A DNA stretch of 24,159 bases from an uncultured Candidatus Poseidoniales archaeon. GTDB lineage: Archaea > Thermoplasmatota > Poseidoniia > Poseidoniales > Thalassarchaeaceae. Location of the stretch: contig CAZXZO010000024.1 of assembly GCA_964645485.1 (NCBI GenBank), positions 1-24,159 of the forward strand, written 5' to 3'. Below the pieces are notes generated by a model. The model ran no database searches and was not told the origin of the DNA. It saw only the letters and a program-made list of their open reading frames with translations. The position numbers were made by a program, and so were the translations under genes. Shown piece after piece: positions 14,069 to 22,603 of the stretch (its first letter is position 1; the number at the start of each line of letters is the position of its first letter).

Positions 14069-15205
14069 ATGGCAGAAATGTGGATATCAATGGGCCCTCA
14101 ACACCCAATGACTCACGGTCTTTGGACCCTCAAAGTAAAGGTTGATGGTGAAACAGTTGTTGACACTGTTCCAGATTTAGGTTACATTCACAGAGGCGTA
14201 GAGAAGATTTGTGAATCAAGAGATTTCACCAAGATTACAACTTACTGTGACCGCCTTTGTTATGCAAGCGCAAACACTTGGGCACATTCGTATATTTATG
14301 CAGCTGAAGATTTGTTGGAAGTTGAAGTTCCAGCCCGGGCTGAACACATCAGAGTCATTGCAGTTGAATTGCAAAGGATTGCTAGCCATTTGATGTGGCT
14401 TGGCGCGTTCTGCCCTGATATTGGAAACTTGACTGCCTTCGTTTGGTGCTTGAGAGAGCGAGAAATGATGATGGATTTACTGCAAGAACTCGGCGGTTCA
14501 AGATTGCACTACAATTTCCCAAGAATTGGTGGTGTCAAGAGAGACCTTCCAATTGGATTCGCAATGCGAGCGCGCGCTAAACTCAATCTATTCCTTGACC
14601 GAATTCAGGAAACAGAACAAATGCTTGACGAGAGCACAGTCTTCCTAGTCCGTACTCAAGGAGTGGGATATGCAAAACCCGAAGAGATGGTCAATCACGG
14701 GGTAACCGGGCCAAATGTTCGTGCTGGTGGAGTCAATTACGATATTCGCTGGGCACACCCATATTCTGTATATGATGAACTCGATTGGGATGTTTCAGTC
14801 GAGCGTCCATCAATCAAGGGAGCAGATTGCTACGACCGCTATCGCGTGCGGGTAGACGAAATGCGTCAAAGCGCACGCATGTGTCTAGACGCTCTTGACA
14901 AGATGCCTGGTGGTGCTGAAACTCACTACTCTGAGGGCGACCCAATGATTCTAACAAAAGCGCGGGAGCGCGCTGAAGAAGGCAAGACTGGATTCCACCA
15001 CTTTGAGGATAGCCGGGGTGAATCGATGTTCTATCTTGCAGGCGGTGGGGAACAGCGTGGCAAGCATCCATACAGGATTTCAATCCGTTCACCTATGTTC
15101 ATTACAATTCCTTATGCTGCAAGATGCATGATTGGTCACAAAGTGGCTGATATTCCAGCCATCATGGGTTCTTTCGACCCTTGTATTGGGGAGACTGATA
15201 GGTGA
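14069..15205 (+). CDS. nuoD: Complex I-like subunit D (49 kDa/FpoD family)
   Basis: Motifs GPQHPMTHG, GYIHRGVEK, DRLCY, ELQRIASHL, GDCYDR-like ADCYDRY, EDSRGE and the C-terminal SFDPCIGETDR. The track's GTG14060 lies inside the SD GAGGTGA (14057-14063), so ATG14069 is the likely start. Confidence 0.97.
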   Translation: MAEMWISMGPQHPMTHGLWTLKVKVDGETVVDTVPDLGYIHRGVEKICESRDFTKITTYCDRLCYASANTWAHSYIYAAEDLLEVEVPARAEHIRVIAVELQRIASHLMWLGAFCPDIGNLTAFVWCLREREMMMDLLQELGGSRLHYNFPRIGGVKRDLPIGFAMRARAKLNLFLDRIQETEQMLDESTVFLVRTQGVGYAKPEEMVNHGVTGPNVRAGGVNYDIRWAHPYSVYDELDWDVSVERPSIKGADCYDRYRVRVDEMRQSARMCLDALDKMPGGAETHYSEGDPMILTKARERAEEGKTGFHHFEDSRGESMFYLAGGGEQRGKHPYRISIRSPMFITIPYAARCMIGHKVADIPAIMGSFDPCIGETDR

Positions 15206-15214
15206 GGTGGCATC

Positions 15215-16768
15215 ATGGAAGATTGGGTAGTTTTTCGTACATGGGTTGGCGATTTAACTCAAATGATTGCTGAGGCCACAGTTGGTCAAACACGATTTCA
15301 CGAATATTCAGATGGTGTCGCTTCTGTCATGACTGAAAGCATCATGGCGGTCACAGTTTTTGCTACAATCATGGGCACAATCCTTGCCCTTTTATGGATT
15401 GAGAGAAAATTTTTCGCTCGTATAATGGACCGTCGGGGAGCAACAATGGCCCTTCGTTCACTATGGGTTGGAGAGGGTGGTCAACACGCTGACTGGTATG
15501 ATGACTTACCATTTGGTACAGGAAAACCAATTCGATGGTTAAACAATCTTCTAAACGAAAAAGCTGGAAACGCTTCTGATTATGAAACAGTTCACAGAAC
15601 TAAGGATAGAGGATATCACGGTGTTTGGTGGTTGTTGCCAGGAATGATTCAAAATGTTGCAGATGGCATGAAGTTCATGACTAAGGAATGGATGGTTCCA
15701 GCAAAGGCTGACAAATTCATTTTTGAGGTTGCACCATTCATCATCATCACATCTACAGTGATGATTTTTGCATTCATACCTCTGAGTTCCAATATTTATT
15801 CAGCAAATCCTGAATTGTCTTTATTGTTTATGATGGCAATTTTTGGTATCGCTCCGTTTGGAGTTTTCTTTGCTGGCTGGTCATCAAACAACAAGTATAC
15901 TCTTCTTGGTGGTATCCGCTCAGCGGCACAACTGACAGCATATGAAATTCCTTTGTTAGTAACAATACTTTCTTTGGCAGTTATATCGGGCTCATTGAAT
16001 ATCATTGAAATTGCCGAATTCCAAATTACTTCGGGTGTATGGAATATTTTCCTACTACCTCTTGGGGCGGCATTATTCTTGATTACAATGGTTGCTGAAG
16101 TTGAACGAATTCCGTTTGATATGCCAGAGGCCGAAGCAGAACTTGTTGAAGGCTGGTGGACTGAATATGGTGGAATGCGCTGGGGATTGATGTTTGCAAG
16201 CGAATATCTCCGATGTTATGCTGCGTGTTTGCTCTTTGCAATCTTCTTCCTTGGGGCATGGGAAATGCCCTTTGGTGACACAATTACAGGAATTATCCCT
16301 AACCAAGATCTAATTCTTGGTGCAATCGGTGTAGGCCTAATTGGTTTAGCGATTGGGCTACGAAGTGAATTCCCTGTACTACTCGCTCCAGTGCCATTGG
16401 TATTTATTTCAGTGATTCCACCAACTGCTTGGCTACTGTTCAAAGCATGGTTCATGTTTGCAATATTCGTTTGGATTCGAGCATCATTGCATCGAATTAG
16501 GTCAGACCAAATTCTTGAATTTGGATGGCGCTGGTTATTGCCGCTGTCACTAGTTAACTTGGCAATCGCATTTTGGCTCCGTCTTTCAATTTGGCCAGGC
16601 GATGAATGGCCATTACTCATTCCAGGATTAATTACCGCTATCGCATTAATACTCTTCATCATTCTTGGAATGGATGAAGATAAATCAGCAATGGAAGGCA
16701 GGACAAGACCGTATTCGGTTTACACCAAATCAAAAGGTCCAGCCTCACCAAGGAGCCATGATAGGTAA
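15215..16768 (+). CDS. nuoH: Complex I-like subunit H, enlarged (517 aa)
   Basis: Motifs WIERKFFARIMDRRG, QNVADGMKFMTKE, SNNKYTLLGGIRSAAQLTAYEIP, AEVERIPFDMPEAEAELVEGWWTEYGG and RIRSDQILEFGWRWLLP. SD GAGGTGG. Confidence 0.97.
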   Translation: MEDWVVFRTWVGDLTQMIAEATVGQTRFHEYSDGVASVMTESIMAVTVFATIMGTILALLWIERKFFARIMDRRGATMALRSLWVGEGGQHADWYDDLPFGTGKPIRWLNNLLNEKAGNASDYETVHRTKDRGYHGVWWLLPGMIQNVADGMKFMTKEWMVPAKADKFIFEVAPFIIITSTVMIFAFIPLSSNIYSANPELSLLFMMAIFGIAPFGVFFAGWSSNNKYTLLGGIRSAAQLTAYEIPLLVTILSLAVISGSLNIIEIAEFQITSGVWNIFLLPLGAALFLITMVAEVERIPFDMPEAEAELVEGWWTEYGGMRWGLMFASEYLRCYAACLLFAIFFLGAWEMPFGDTITGIIPNQDLILGAIGVGLIGLAIGLRSEFPVLLAPVPLVFISVIPPTAWLLFKAWFMFAIFVWIRASLHRIRSDQILEFGWRWLLPLSLVNLAIAFWLRLSIWPGDEWPLLIPGLITAIALILFIILGMDEDKSAMEGRTRPYSVYTKSKGPASPRSHDR

Positions 16769-16783
16769 TAGGAGGAAGTAAGT

Positions 16784-17740
16784 ATGCCATTTCACCCCCA
16801 CGCACAACCGAATTTCCGTAATATGGTCATTAGACCAATGTGGATGGCTTTGAAGGCGGCATTGAGAACAATCCCTTATGTTGGAAGTCACAAACTTCTC
16901 GCCGCTCACGGTACCTCCGCACCTTACCACGCGCAAGAAGCCCAGATGATTGATGAGGGGACTGCAGCGCGAATTGGAGAGGACCACCCAAGTGTTGGGA
17001 AGAGATACGCCGTGGACCGGGAAACATCTTCACTGGTTCCATATCTTGAGCGCCCAGTTACTGTAATGTATCCTTACGAGAGACTTGAAGACCTTGAGCC
17101 ATGGCTTTTCGTGCCGGGTAATTACAACGGTAGAATCGGTGTGATTTGGGAGACCTGTACCGCCTGTAAGGCGTGTGTGAAAGCCTGTCCAAACAGTTGT
17201 TTGCATATGGAAACAGAAACTCGTGTCAATGTTCTAGATACCACCGAAGAGGGTGATGAGTGGCATGGCATGGGAACCGAGTTAGAAGTTGGTGGCATGG
17301 CTGCTCGTCGCAACGAGGTTGACAATTCCGACCATAATTTAATTCTGGACCATAGTGCAGTGCCACAAGAATACGATTTTGGTTCCGTTATCGATATCAC
17401 TGGGGAGACTGCAACAGTACGCTGGGATGGCGGCGGAATGGAAGAAGTTCCAGCGGCTGATTTGGCGCCAGCAGAAGTTGATATCATGTCAGGTCGCATT
17501 GATATTGGACGATGTATGTTCTGTGGACTTTGCATGGAAGCCTGTCCGTTTGAATCATTTTTCATGACTAATGAATACGATGGGATGTCAGGATATTCCC
17601 GTGAAGATTTGTGGTACGAAGCAGATAGGACAAGAGTTCTCCCATCTGTTCACCAAGAGAGAGTAGACGCTGAACTAGTAAAGCGTGCCGAAAAAGAACT
17701 GAAAAAGCGAGAAAGGGCAAAGGCTAGAGCGGAGGCTTGA
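16784..17740 (+). CDS. nuoI: Complex I-like subunit I (2x[4Fe-4S]) with large insertions, 318 aa
   Basis: PVTVMYPYE followed by two ferredoxin motifs, CTACKACVKACP (17156-17191) and CMFCGLCMEACP (from 17513). SD AGGAGG at 16770-16775. Confidence 0.95.
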   Translation: MPFHPHAQPNFRNMVIRPMWMALKAALRTIPYVGSHKLLAAHGTSAPYHAQEAQMIDEGTAARIGEDHPSVGKRYAVDRETSSLVPYLERPVTVMYPYERLEDLEPWLFVPGNYNGRIGVIWETCTACKACVKACPNSCLHMETETRVNVLDTTEEGDEWHGMGTELEVGGMAARRNEVDNSDHNLILDHSAVPQEYDFGSVIDITGETATVRWDGGGMEEVPAADLAPAEVDIMSGRIDIGRCMFCGLCMEACPFESFFMTNEYDGMSGYSREDLWYEADRTRVLPSVHQERVDAELVKRAEKELKKRERAKARAEA

Positions 17741-17745
17741 GGAAG

Positions 17746-18015
17746 ATGATGCCAGATTTACTTGAGCATGTTGCATTCGCAATTTTTGCTTTCTTGTCAA
17801 TTATTGGTTCTCTTGGAACAATTTATGCCAAGCGAATAGCTCACTCGATGTTTTGGCTGATTGTTTGTTTCATGGCTATTGCTGGTGTTTTCATTCTTGC
17901 AGGTGCTGAATTGCTTGCGGCAATTCAGATTTTAGTCTATCTTGGTAGTGTAATGTTGGTATTTGCTTTTGGAATAATGTTAGCCCGCAGAACAATTCAG
18001 GAAGGTGATGCTTAA
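17746..18015 (+). CDS. nuoJ: Complex I-like subunit J, N-terminal half (J1)
   Basis: Three TM segments with AHSMFWLIVCF and AAIQILVYLGSVMLVFAFGIML, matching NuoJ TM1-3. ATG17746 (or 17749) is preferred to TTG17737. Confidence 0.9.
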   Translation: MMPDLLEHVAFAIFAFLSIIGSLGTIYAKRIAHSMFWLIVCFMAIAGVFILAGAELLAAIQILVYLGSVMLVFAFGIMLARRTIQEGDA

Positions 18016-18284
18016 TGCGTTTGATTGACCATGTTGCTCGTCTAATGGTGGCTGGAATACTTGCTCTACTTCTACCGATGGTTGTGTATCATTCAATGTG
18101 GGACACAAGTTCAAGCACAATTGGTCTGAATACCTTTGAATTCTCTAGAGCAATGTTGACCGATTGGGCGCTTCCAGTAATTGTTTTGGGAATTCTGCTT
18201 TCAATGGCAATGATTGGTGCATCTTACTTAGTTAGAGATGAGAGAATTGAAAATTTACTCTGGGAACAGGAGGGTGAACAATGA
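18015..18284 (+). CDS. nuoJ: Complex I-like subunit J, C-terminal half (J2)
   Basis: Two TM segments with MLTDWALPVIVLGILLSMAMIGASYL, matching NuoJ TM5. TAATG stop/start overlap and its own SD GAAGGTGA (18001-18008). Confidence 0.85.
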   Translation: MRLIDHVARLMVAGILALLLPMVVYHSMWDTSSSTIGLNTFEFSRAMLTDWALPVIVLGILLSMAMIGASYLVRDERIENLLWEQEGEQ

Positions 18285-18583
18285 TTCCACCAATGTATCT
18301 TGCAAGCCTAGGAGCAATTCTATTCTGCATTGGCTTGATGGGTGTGTTCACAAGCAAGAATGGAATCATTGTTCTGATGTGTATTGAGATTATGCTCAAT
18401 GCAGTCAATCTCAATTTTGTCGCTGGTGCTTTGCATTATGGTGACGTAACCGGTTGGGTTTACACTGGAATTGCGATCGCAATTGCGGCTGCTGAAGTGG
18501 CAGTTGGTCTCGCTATATTCTTGGCGGTTTTCTCAACTAGAGAAACCATCGATTTGGATGAGGTGACGCTGTTAAAGCACTGA
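18281..18583 (+). CDS. nuoK: Complex I-like subunit K
   Basis: CIEIMLNAVNLNFV and IAIAAAEVAVGLAI carry both conserved Glu residues. ATGA overlap with J2. Confidence 0.96.
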   Translation: MIPPMYLASLGAILFCIGLMGVFTSKNGIIVLMCIEIMLNAVNLNFVAGALHYGDVTGWVYTGIAIAIAAAEVAVGLAIFLAVFSTRETIDLDEVTLLKH

Positions 18584-18595
18584 GGAGGGATTTCA

Positions 18596-20956
18596 ATGTC
18601 GGATACAAAAACCTCAGAAATGCGTTTCCTCCCAATTATTGGGATATTCTTGCTATACCCGTTCTTACGTATATTCCTTGGAGAATATATGACGGGCACT
18701 CCATTCACTGCACTAGATTCAGCCTTCTTGATTCCACTATTGCCAATTGCTGTGTTCCCAGTGATTGCAATTGTTGGACAATTATCCAACGGAGAAGGAT
18801 GGTGGAGAGACCAGTTCAAAGAAGGCGGGATAATTGCCCTTTGTACACTAGCAATTTCACTTTCCTTGACAATCTGGTTAGCCATCGAGTTCTTCACAAA
18901 GGGCGCGAGTTTCCATGAACCCCTTGAGTGGGGATTATTCAATTGGTTCACCTTTGATACCATTGGCCAAAATGCCGCTGGAGATTGGGTACACATACAA
19001 GTTAGCAACTCAATTGGTGTTGGAATTTGGATTGACAATGTCTCGATGATGTTGCTGTTTGTAGCATCATTCCTTTGTTTCCTAATTTGTTGGTTCTCAA
19101 TTGGATACATGAATACTGACCCAGTAAACAAAGACCGTAACCATCGCTTCTATGCTGAGTTCGTTCTTTTCACTGCTGGTATGCTAGGAATGGTTCTAGC
19201 AGATTCATTCCTTTGGTTGTTCATCTTCTGGGAAATCATGGGTCTTTGTTCATACTTGCTGATTGGTTTCTACTACGAGAGACCAAGTGCCGCGTACGCC
19301 GCTAAGAAAGCATTCTTGACAACAAGAGTTGGAGATATATTCCTTCTCATCGGTTTGCTAATGATGTACGATATCTATGGCTCTCTAGAGTTTGCAGTTA
19401 TCTTTGCTGACCCATCAATGGGTGGTTCTGTTGATGTTAGTATGCTACGCTGGTCACTAGTCATGCTCTTTATCGGTGCAGTCGGTAAAAGCGCTCAGTT
19501 CCCACTACACGTGTGGCTTCCTGATGCTATGGAAGGACCAACGCCTGTTTCCGCTCTTATTCACGCGGCAACAATGGTTAACGCCGGTCTCTATCTAGTT
19601 GCTAGATTTGTGCCATTCTTTGACGTTACATCTCATGGCCACGGTGTTGAAGGATTGTCAGATGTCGCTGTATTAATTGCCTGGATTGGTGGAATTACAG
19701 CCTTCATGGCTGCCTTGATTGCCTTTGTTCAAAACGATATCAAGAAGGTATTAGCATACTCAACTATGAGTCAATTAGCGTATATTTTCACTGGACTTGG
19801 TGTTGCACTCTGGTTTTACAACCACGGCGAACATCACGCCGCAGTGATTGCTTTTGGCGCTTCAATGTTCCATTTGTTTAACCACGCGATGGCGAAAGGT
19901 ATGCTGTTCATGGCATCTGGCTCGGTGATACACGAGATGCACCACGCGCACCACCATTTGGCTCATGGGGATGGAGAAGATGGCGACGATTCTCATGACG
20001 AGGGAGGTCACGACGACTTCGACCCACAAGATATGCGAAACATGGGTGGTTTAGCCGGGAAAATGCCGATTACTGCTACAGCAATGGCAATTGGTTCAGC
20101 CTCCATTATCGGCTTGCCGTTGATTGGTGGATTCTGGTCAAAGGAAGGAATTGTTGCTGAAACTTGGAATGCTGCTGCAATACATGGTGGAACTGAATTA
20201 CTGATTCCAGCATTTTTGATTTTGCTTACTGCAGGCATGACCGGATTTTACATGACACGAATGTGGATGATGACTTTTGCTGGCAAGCCAAAGACAGAGT
20301 TTGCTGACCATGTTGAGGAACAGACACATTGGATTCCGACTCCACTGGTGACCTTGAGTGTCATTTCACTTCTAGGAGGATTTGCATTAGCAATTCTTGG
20401 AGCAACATATTGGCTTGGTGAAGCGAAGGCATTAGGAACTCTTGTTCATGAGCATGGAATTGTTTTGGCAATTCTTGAAACACTTGTGCACGCTTTCTTG
20501 CCTACTGATCCATTCTTATTCATGGTGACTTGGATTACTATCTCAATTTCACTTGTTGTTGGGCCAGCAATGGCAATGCGCATTCACGGTGGAAAATTGA
20601 AGGATGGAGATAGAGCACCACAACTAATTTCTTGGATTCCACTGCTTTCATCTAAATTCGGCCGCGCTAATGTTGATGAATTGGCAAACTCGGGTTTGGC
20701 AGATGCATTACATCGTCGCCTTTACTTTGATGAAATCTATGAGTGGGCGATTGCAAGGACTGTAATTCCTCTTTCACAGGCTTTAACCTGGTTTGATACA
20801 AAAGTCATTGATGGTGCAATCAAGGGTATTGAATCTGGTAGTCAGAAGATAAGTAGGGATGTTCGTAAGGCTACATCTGGCAGCGCATCGGATTACATTC
20901 TAGTTGCTGTGATTGGAATGTTTAGCATCCTAATATTGCTTTGGGGGGTGATTTGA
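18596..20956 (+). CDS. nuoL: Complex I-like antiporter-like subunit L, 786 aa
   Basis: Motifs FWEIMGLCSYLLIGFY, KAFLTTRVGD, GKSAQFPLHVWLPDAMEGPTPVSALIHAATMV, DIKKVLAYSTMSQL, FHLFNHAMAKGMLF and GFWSKE, plus the C-terminal lateral-helix region (FDEIY..FDTKVIDG). Confidence 0.97.
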   Translation: MSDTKTSEMRFLPIIGIFLLYPFLRIFLGEYMTGTPFTALDSAFLIPLLPIAVFPVIAIVGQLSNGEGWWRDQFKEGGIIALCTLAISLSLTIWLAIEFFTKGASFHEPLEWGLFNWFTFDTIGQNAAGDWVHIQVSNSIGVGIWIDNVSMMLLFVASFLCFLICWFSIGYMNTDPVNKDRNHRFYAEFVLFTAGMLGMVLADSFLWLFIFWEIMGLCSYLLIGFYYERPSAAYAAKKAFLTTRVGDIFLLIGLLMMYDIYGSLEFAVIFADPSMGGSVDVSMLRWSLVMLFIGAVGKSAQFPLHVWLPDAMEGPTPVSALIHAATMVNAGLYLVARFVPFFDVTSHGHGVEGLSDVAVLIAWIGGITAFMAALIAFVQNDIKKVLAYSTMSQLAYIFTGLGVALWFYNHGEHHAAVIAFGASMFHLFNHAMAKGMLFMASGSVIHEMHHAHHHLAHGDGEDGDDSHDEGGHDDFDPQDMRNMGGLAGKMPITATAMAIGSASIIGLPLIGGFWSKEGIVAETWNAAAIHGGTELLIPAFLILLTAGMTGFYMTRMWMMTFAGKPKTEFADHVEEQTHWIPTPLVTLSVISLLGGFALAILGATYWLGEAKALGTLVHEHGIVLAILETLVHAFLPTDPFLFMVTWITISISLVVGPAMAMRIHGGKLKDGDRAPQLISWIPLLSSKFGRANVDELANSGLADALHRRLYFDEIYEWAIARTVIPLSQALTWFDTKVIDGAIKGIESGSQKISRDVRKATSGSASDYILVAVIGMFSILILLWGVI

Positions 20957-22603
20957 ATGGATTTGATGATGTTTGGTAATCCTTTGACACTGCTGACTCT
21001 TGGACCAATAGTTGCAGGATTCGTATTCCTGTTCCTAGCATGGGCAAGCCCACCATCAAAGCGAGAAGAAATCTCTCAATACATCCGTATTCTCATCTTT
21101 GCTTTCTCTTTGCTATTGTTATCACTTTCAACTTTGATGTTCTTAGAATCTTATAGTGGAATCTCTTGGACTTCAATCGGATTAAACAATTATGTTTACG
21201 ACAATTGTGCCAATGCTGATGTCGCTCTTGAAGCGGGTGGCTGTTCCCTAATTGACGGATTTGGTGTTTCATGGCACGTGGGTGTGGATGGACTTTCATT
21301 CCCAATGGTTTGGTTGACCACACTACTAATTCCAATTTCAATGTTGGTTCAATGGGATGTCAAGAAAGGTGCTCAGTTCCACAGCCTCATTCTACTAATG
21401 GAGGGGGCACTGATTGGTGTATTTGTCTCGCTTGATTTGTTTGTGTTCTACACATTTTGGGAATTAACTTTGATTCCAATGTTCTTCCTCATACTGTTGT
21501 GGGGTGGCGACGATAGAAAATATGCGGCTCAGAAATTCTTCATCTATACTTTCACTGCAAGCGTTTTGATGTTGCTTGGAATTTTGGTAATGTATTACTT
21601 CACAAGAGTTCCAGTTTGGGAAGGTAATATCACAGGTCGTGCATTTGATGTGACTTTGATGGCCGCCTCTTCTAATCAGTTGGGATCCTCTTTCTTAGGT
21701 GGATTTGGTATGCAGAAAGCGGTATTTTTGCTACTGTTGGTTGGCTTTGCCGCTAAAATGCCGAGCGTCCCGTTCCACACTTGGTTGCCTGATGCCCACG
21801 TACAAGCACCAACAGCTGGCTCAATGCTTTTGGCTGGTGTTATGCTAAAGATGGGTGCTTACGGATTTATTCGGATAGCAGTTGAATTACTTCCTGCTGC
21901 ATTGGTTTACTTCCAATGGCTAATTGTAATTCTTGGAATGATAAGTCTAGTCTATGGTGCATTAGTTTGCTTAGGACAAACTAATCTGAAACGAATGGTT
22001 GCTTATTCGTCGGTTTCACATATGGGATTGATATTCCTTGGTATTGCCACTATGCAGCCGCTAGGAATTGCTGGCGCAATTTTCATGATGCTAGCACATG
22101 GAATCATTTCCCCGCACCTGTTCGCTGTTTGTGGCGCTTTCAAGCATCATTACCACACCTTAGAAATTGGTTCAATGCGAGGCATGGCAAAGCATTCACC
22201 CTGGTTAAGTGGGCACATGATGACCGCTTGGATGGCAAGTCTAGGTTTGCCATTGATGGCTGGATTCGTGGCTGAAATTGCCATAATGATTGCGTTCTGG
22301 ATGACATTTGGTTGGCTTGTTATTTTGCCTGCATTGACTCTAATAATTACTGCTGCTTACTACTTGTGGAGTATGCAGAGAACAATCTTTGAAGGTGGAG
22401 AAGAAGGTGAACTGCCTGAATCTCTACACGGCGAAGATCCAGTAGATATCACCTGGCATGAGAATGCTGGAATGCTTGTGCTTGCAGGGTTTGCAGTATT
22501 ACTCGGTGTCCTCCCATTCATCTTCTTTGACATGATGTCAGCATATTCTAGTGAATTTGTTTCACAAGTTCTCCTTGATGCGTTGAACGAGGTGAGACCA
22601 TGA
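20957..22603 (+). CDS. nuoM: Complex I-like antiporter-like subunit M
   Basis: Motifs GVDGLS, FWELTLIPMFFLI, KFFIYT, KMPSVPFHTWLPDAHVQAPTAGSMLLAGVMLKMGAYG, KRMVAYSSVSHMG and GFVAE. SD GGGGGTGA. Confidence 0.97.
   Translation: MDLMMFGNPLTLLTLGPIVAGFVFLFLAWASPPSKREEISQYIRILIFAFSLLLLSLSTLMFLESYSGISWTSIGLNNYVYDNCANADVALEAGGCSLIDGFGVSWHVGVDGLSFPMVWLTTLLIPISMLVQWDVKKGAQFHSLILLMEGALIGVFVSLDLFVFYTFWELTLIPMFFLILLWGGDDRKYAAQKFFIYTFTASVLMLLGILVMYYFTRVPVWEGNITGRAFDVTLMAASSNQLGSSFLGGFGMQKAVFLLLLVGFAAKMPSVPFHTWLPDAHVQAPTAGSMLLAGVMLKMGAYGFIRIAVELLPAALVYFQWLIVILGMISLVYGALVCLGQTNLKRMVAYSSVSHMGLIFLGIATMQPLGIAGAIFMMLAHGIISPHLFAVCGAFKHHYHTLEIGSMRGMAKHSPWLSGHMMTAWMASLGLPLMAGFVAEIAIMIAFWMTFGWLVILPALTLIITAAYYLWSMQRTIFEGGEEGELPESLHGEDPVDITWHENAGMLVLAGFAVLLGVLPFIFFDMMSAYSSEFVSQVLLDALNEVRP

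Noticed and set aside
12782-15205. Interpretation as a group 4 [NiFe]-hydrogenase (Ech/Hyf/Mbh)
   Set aside because: Only two of the four metal-binding Cys remain in the large subunit, the small subunit has the complex I-type tandem CC, and the quinone-site His/Tyr/Asp are present.
15194-15205. TGA at the end of nuoD as a selenocysteine codon
   Set aside because: TDR is the canonical C-terminus of this family, and the TGA overlaps the SD of nuoH.
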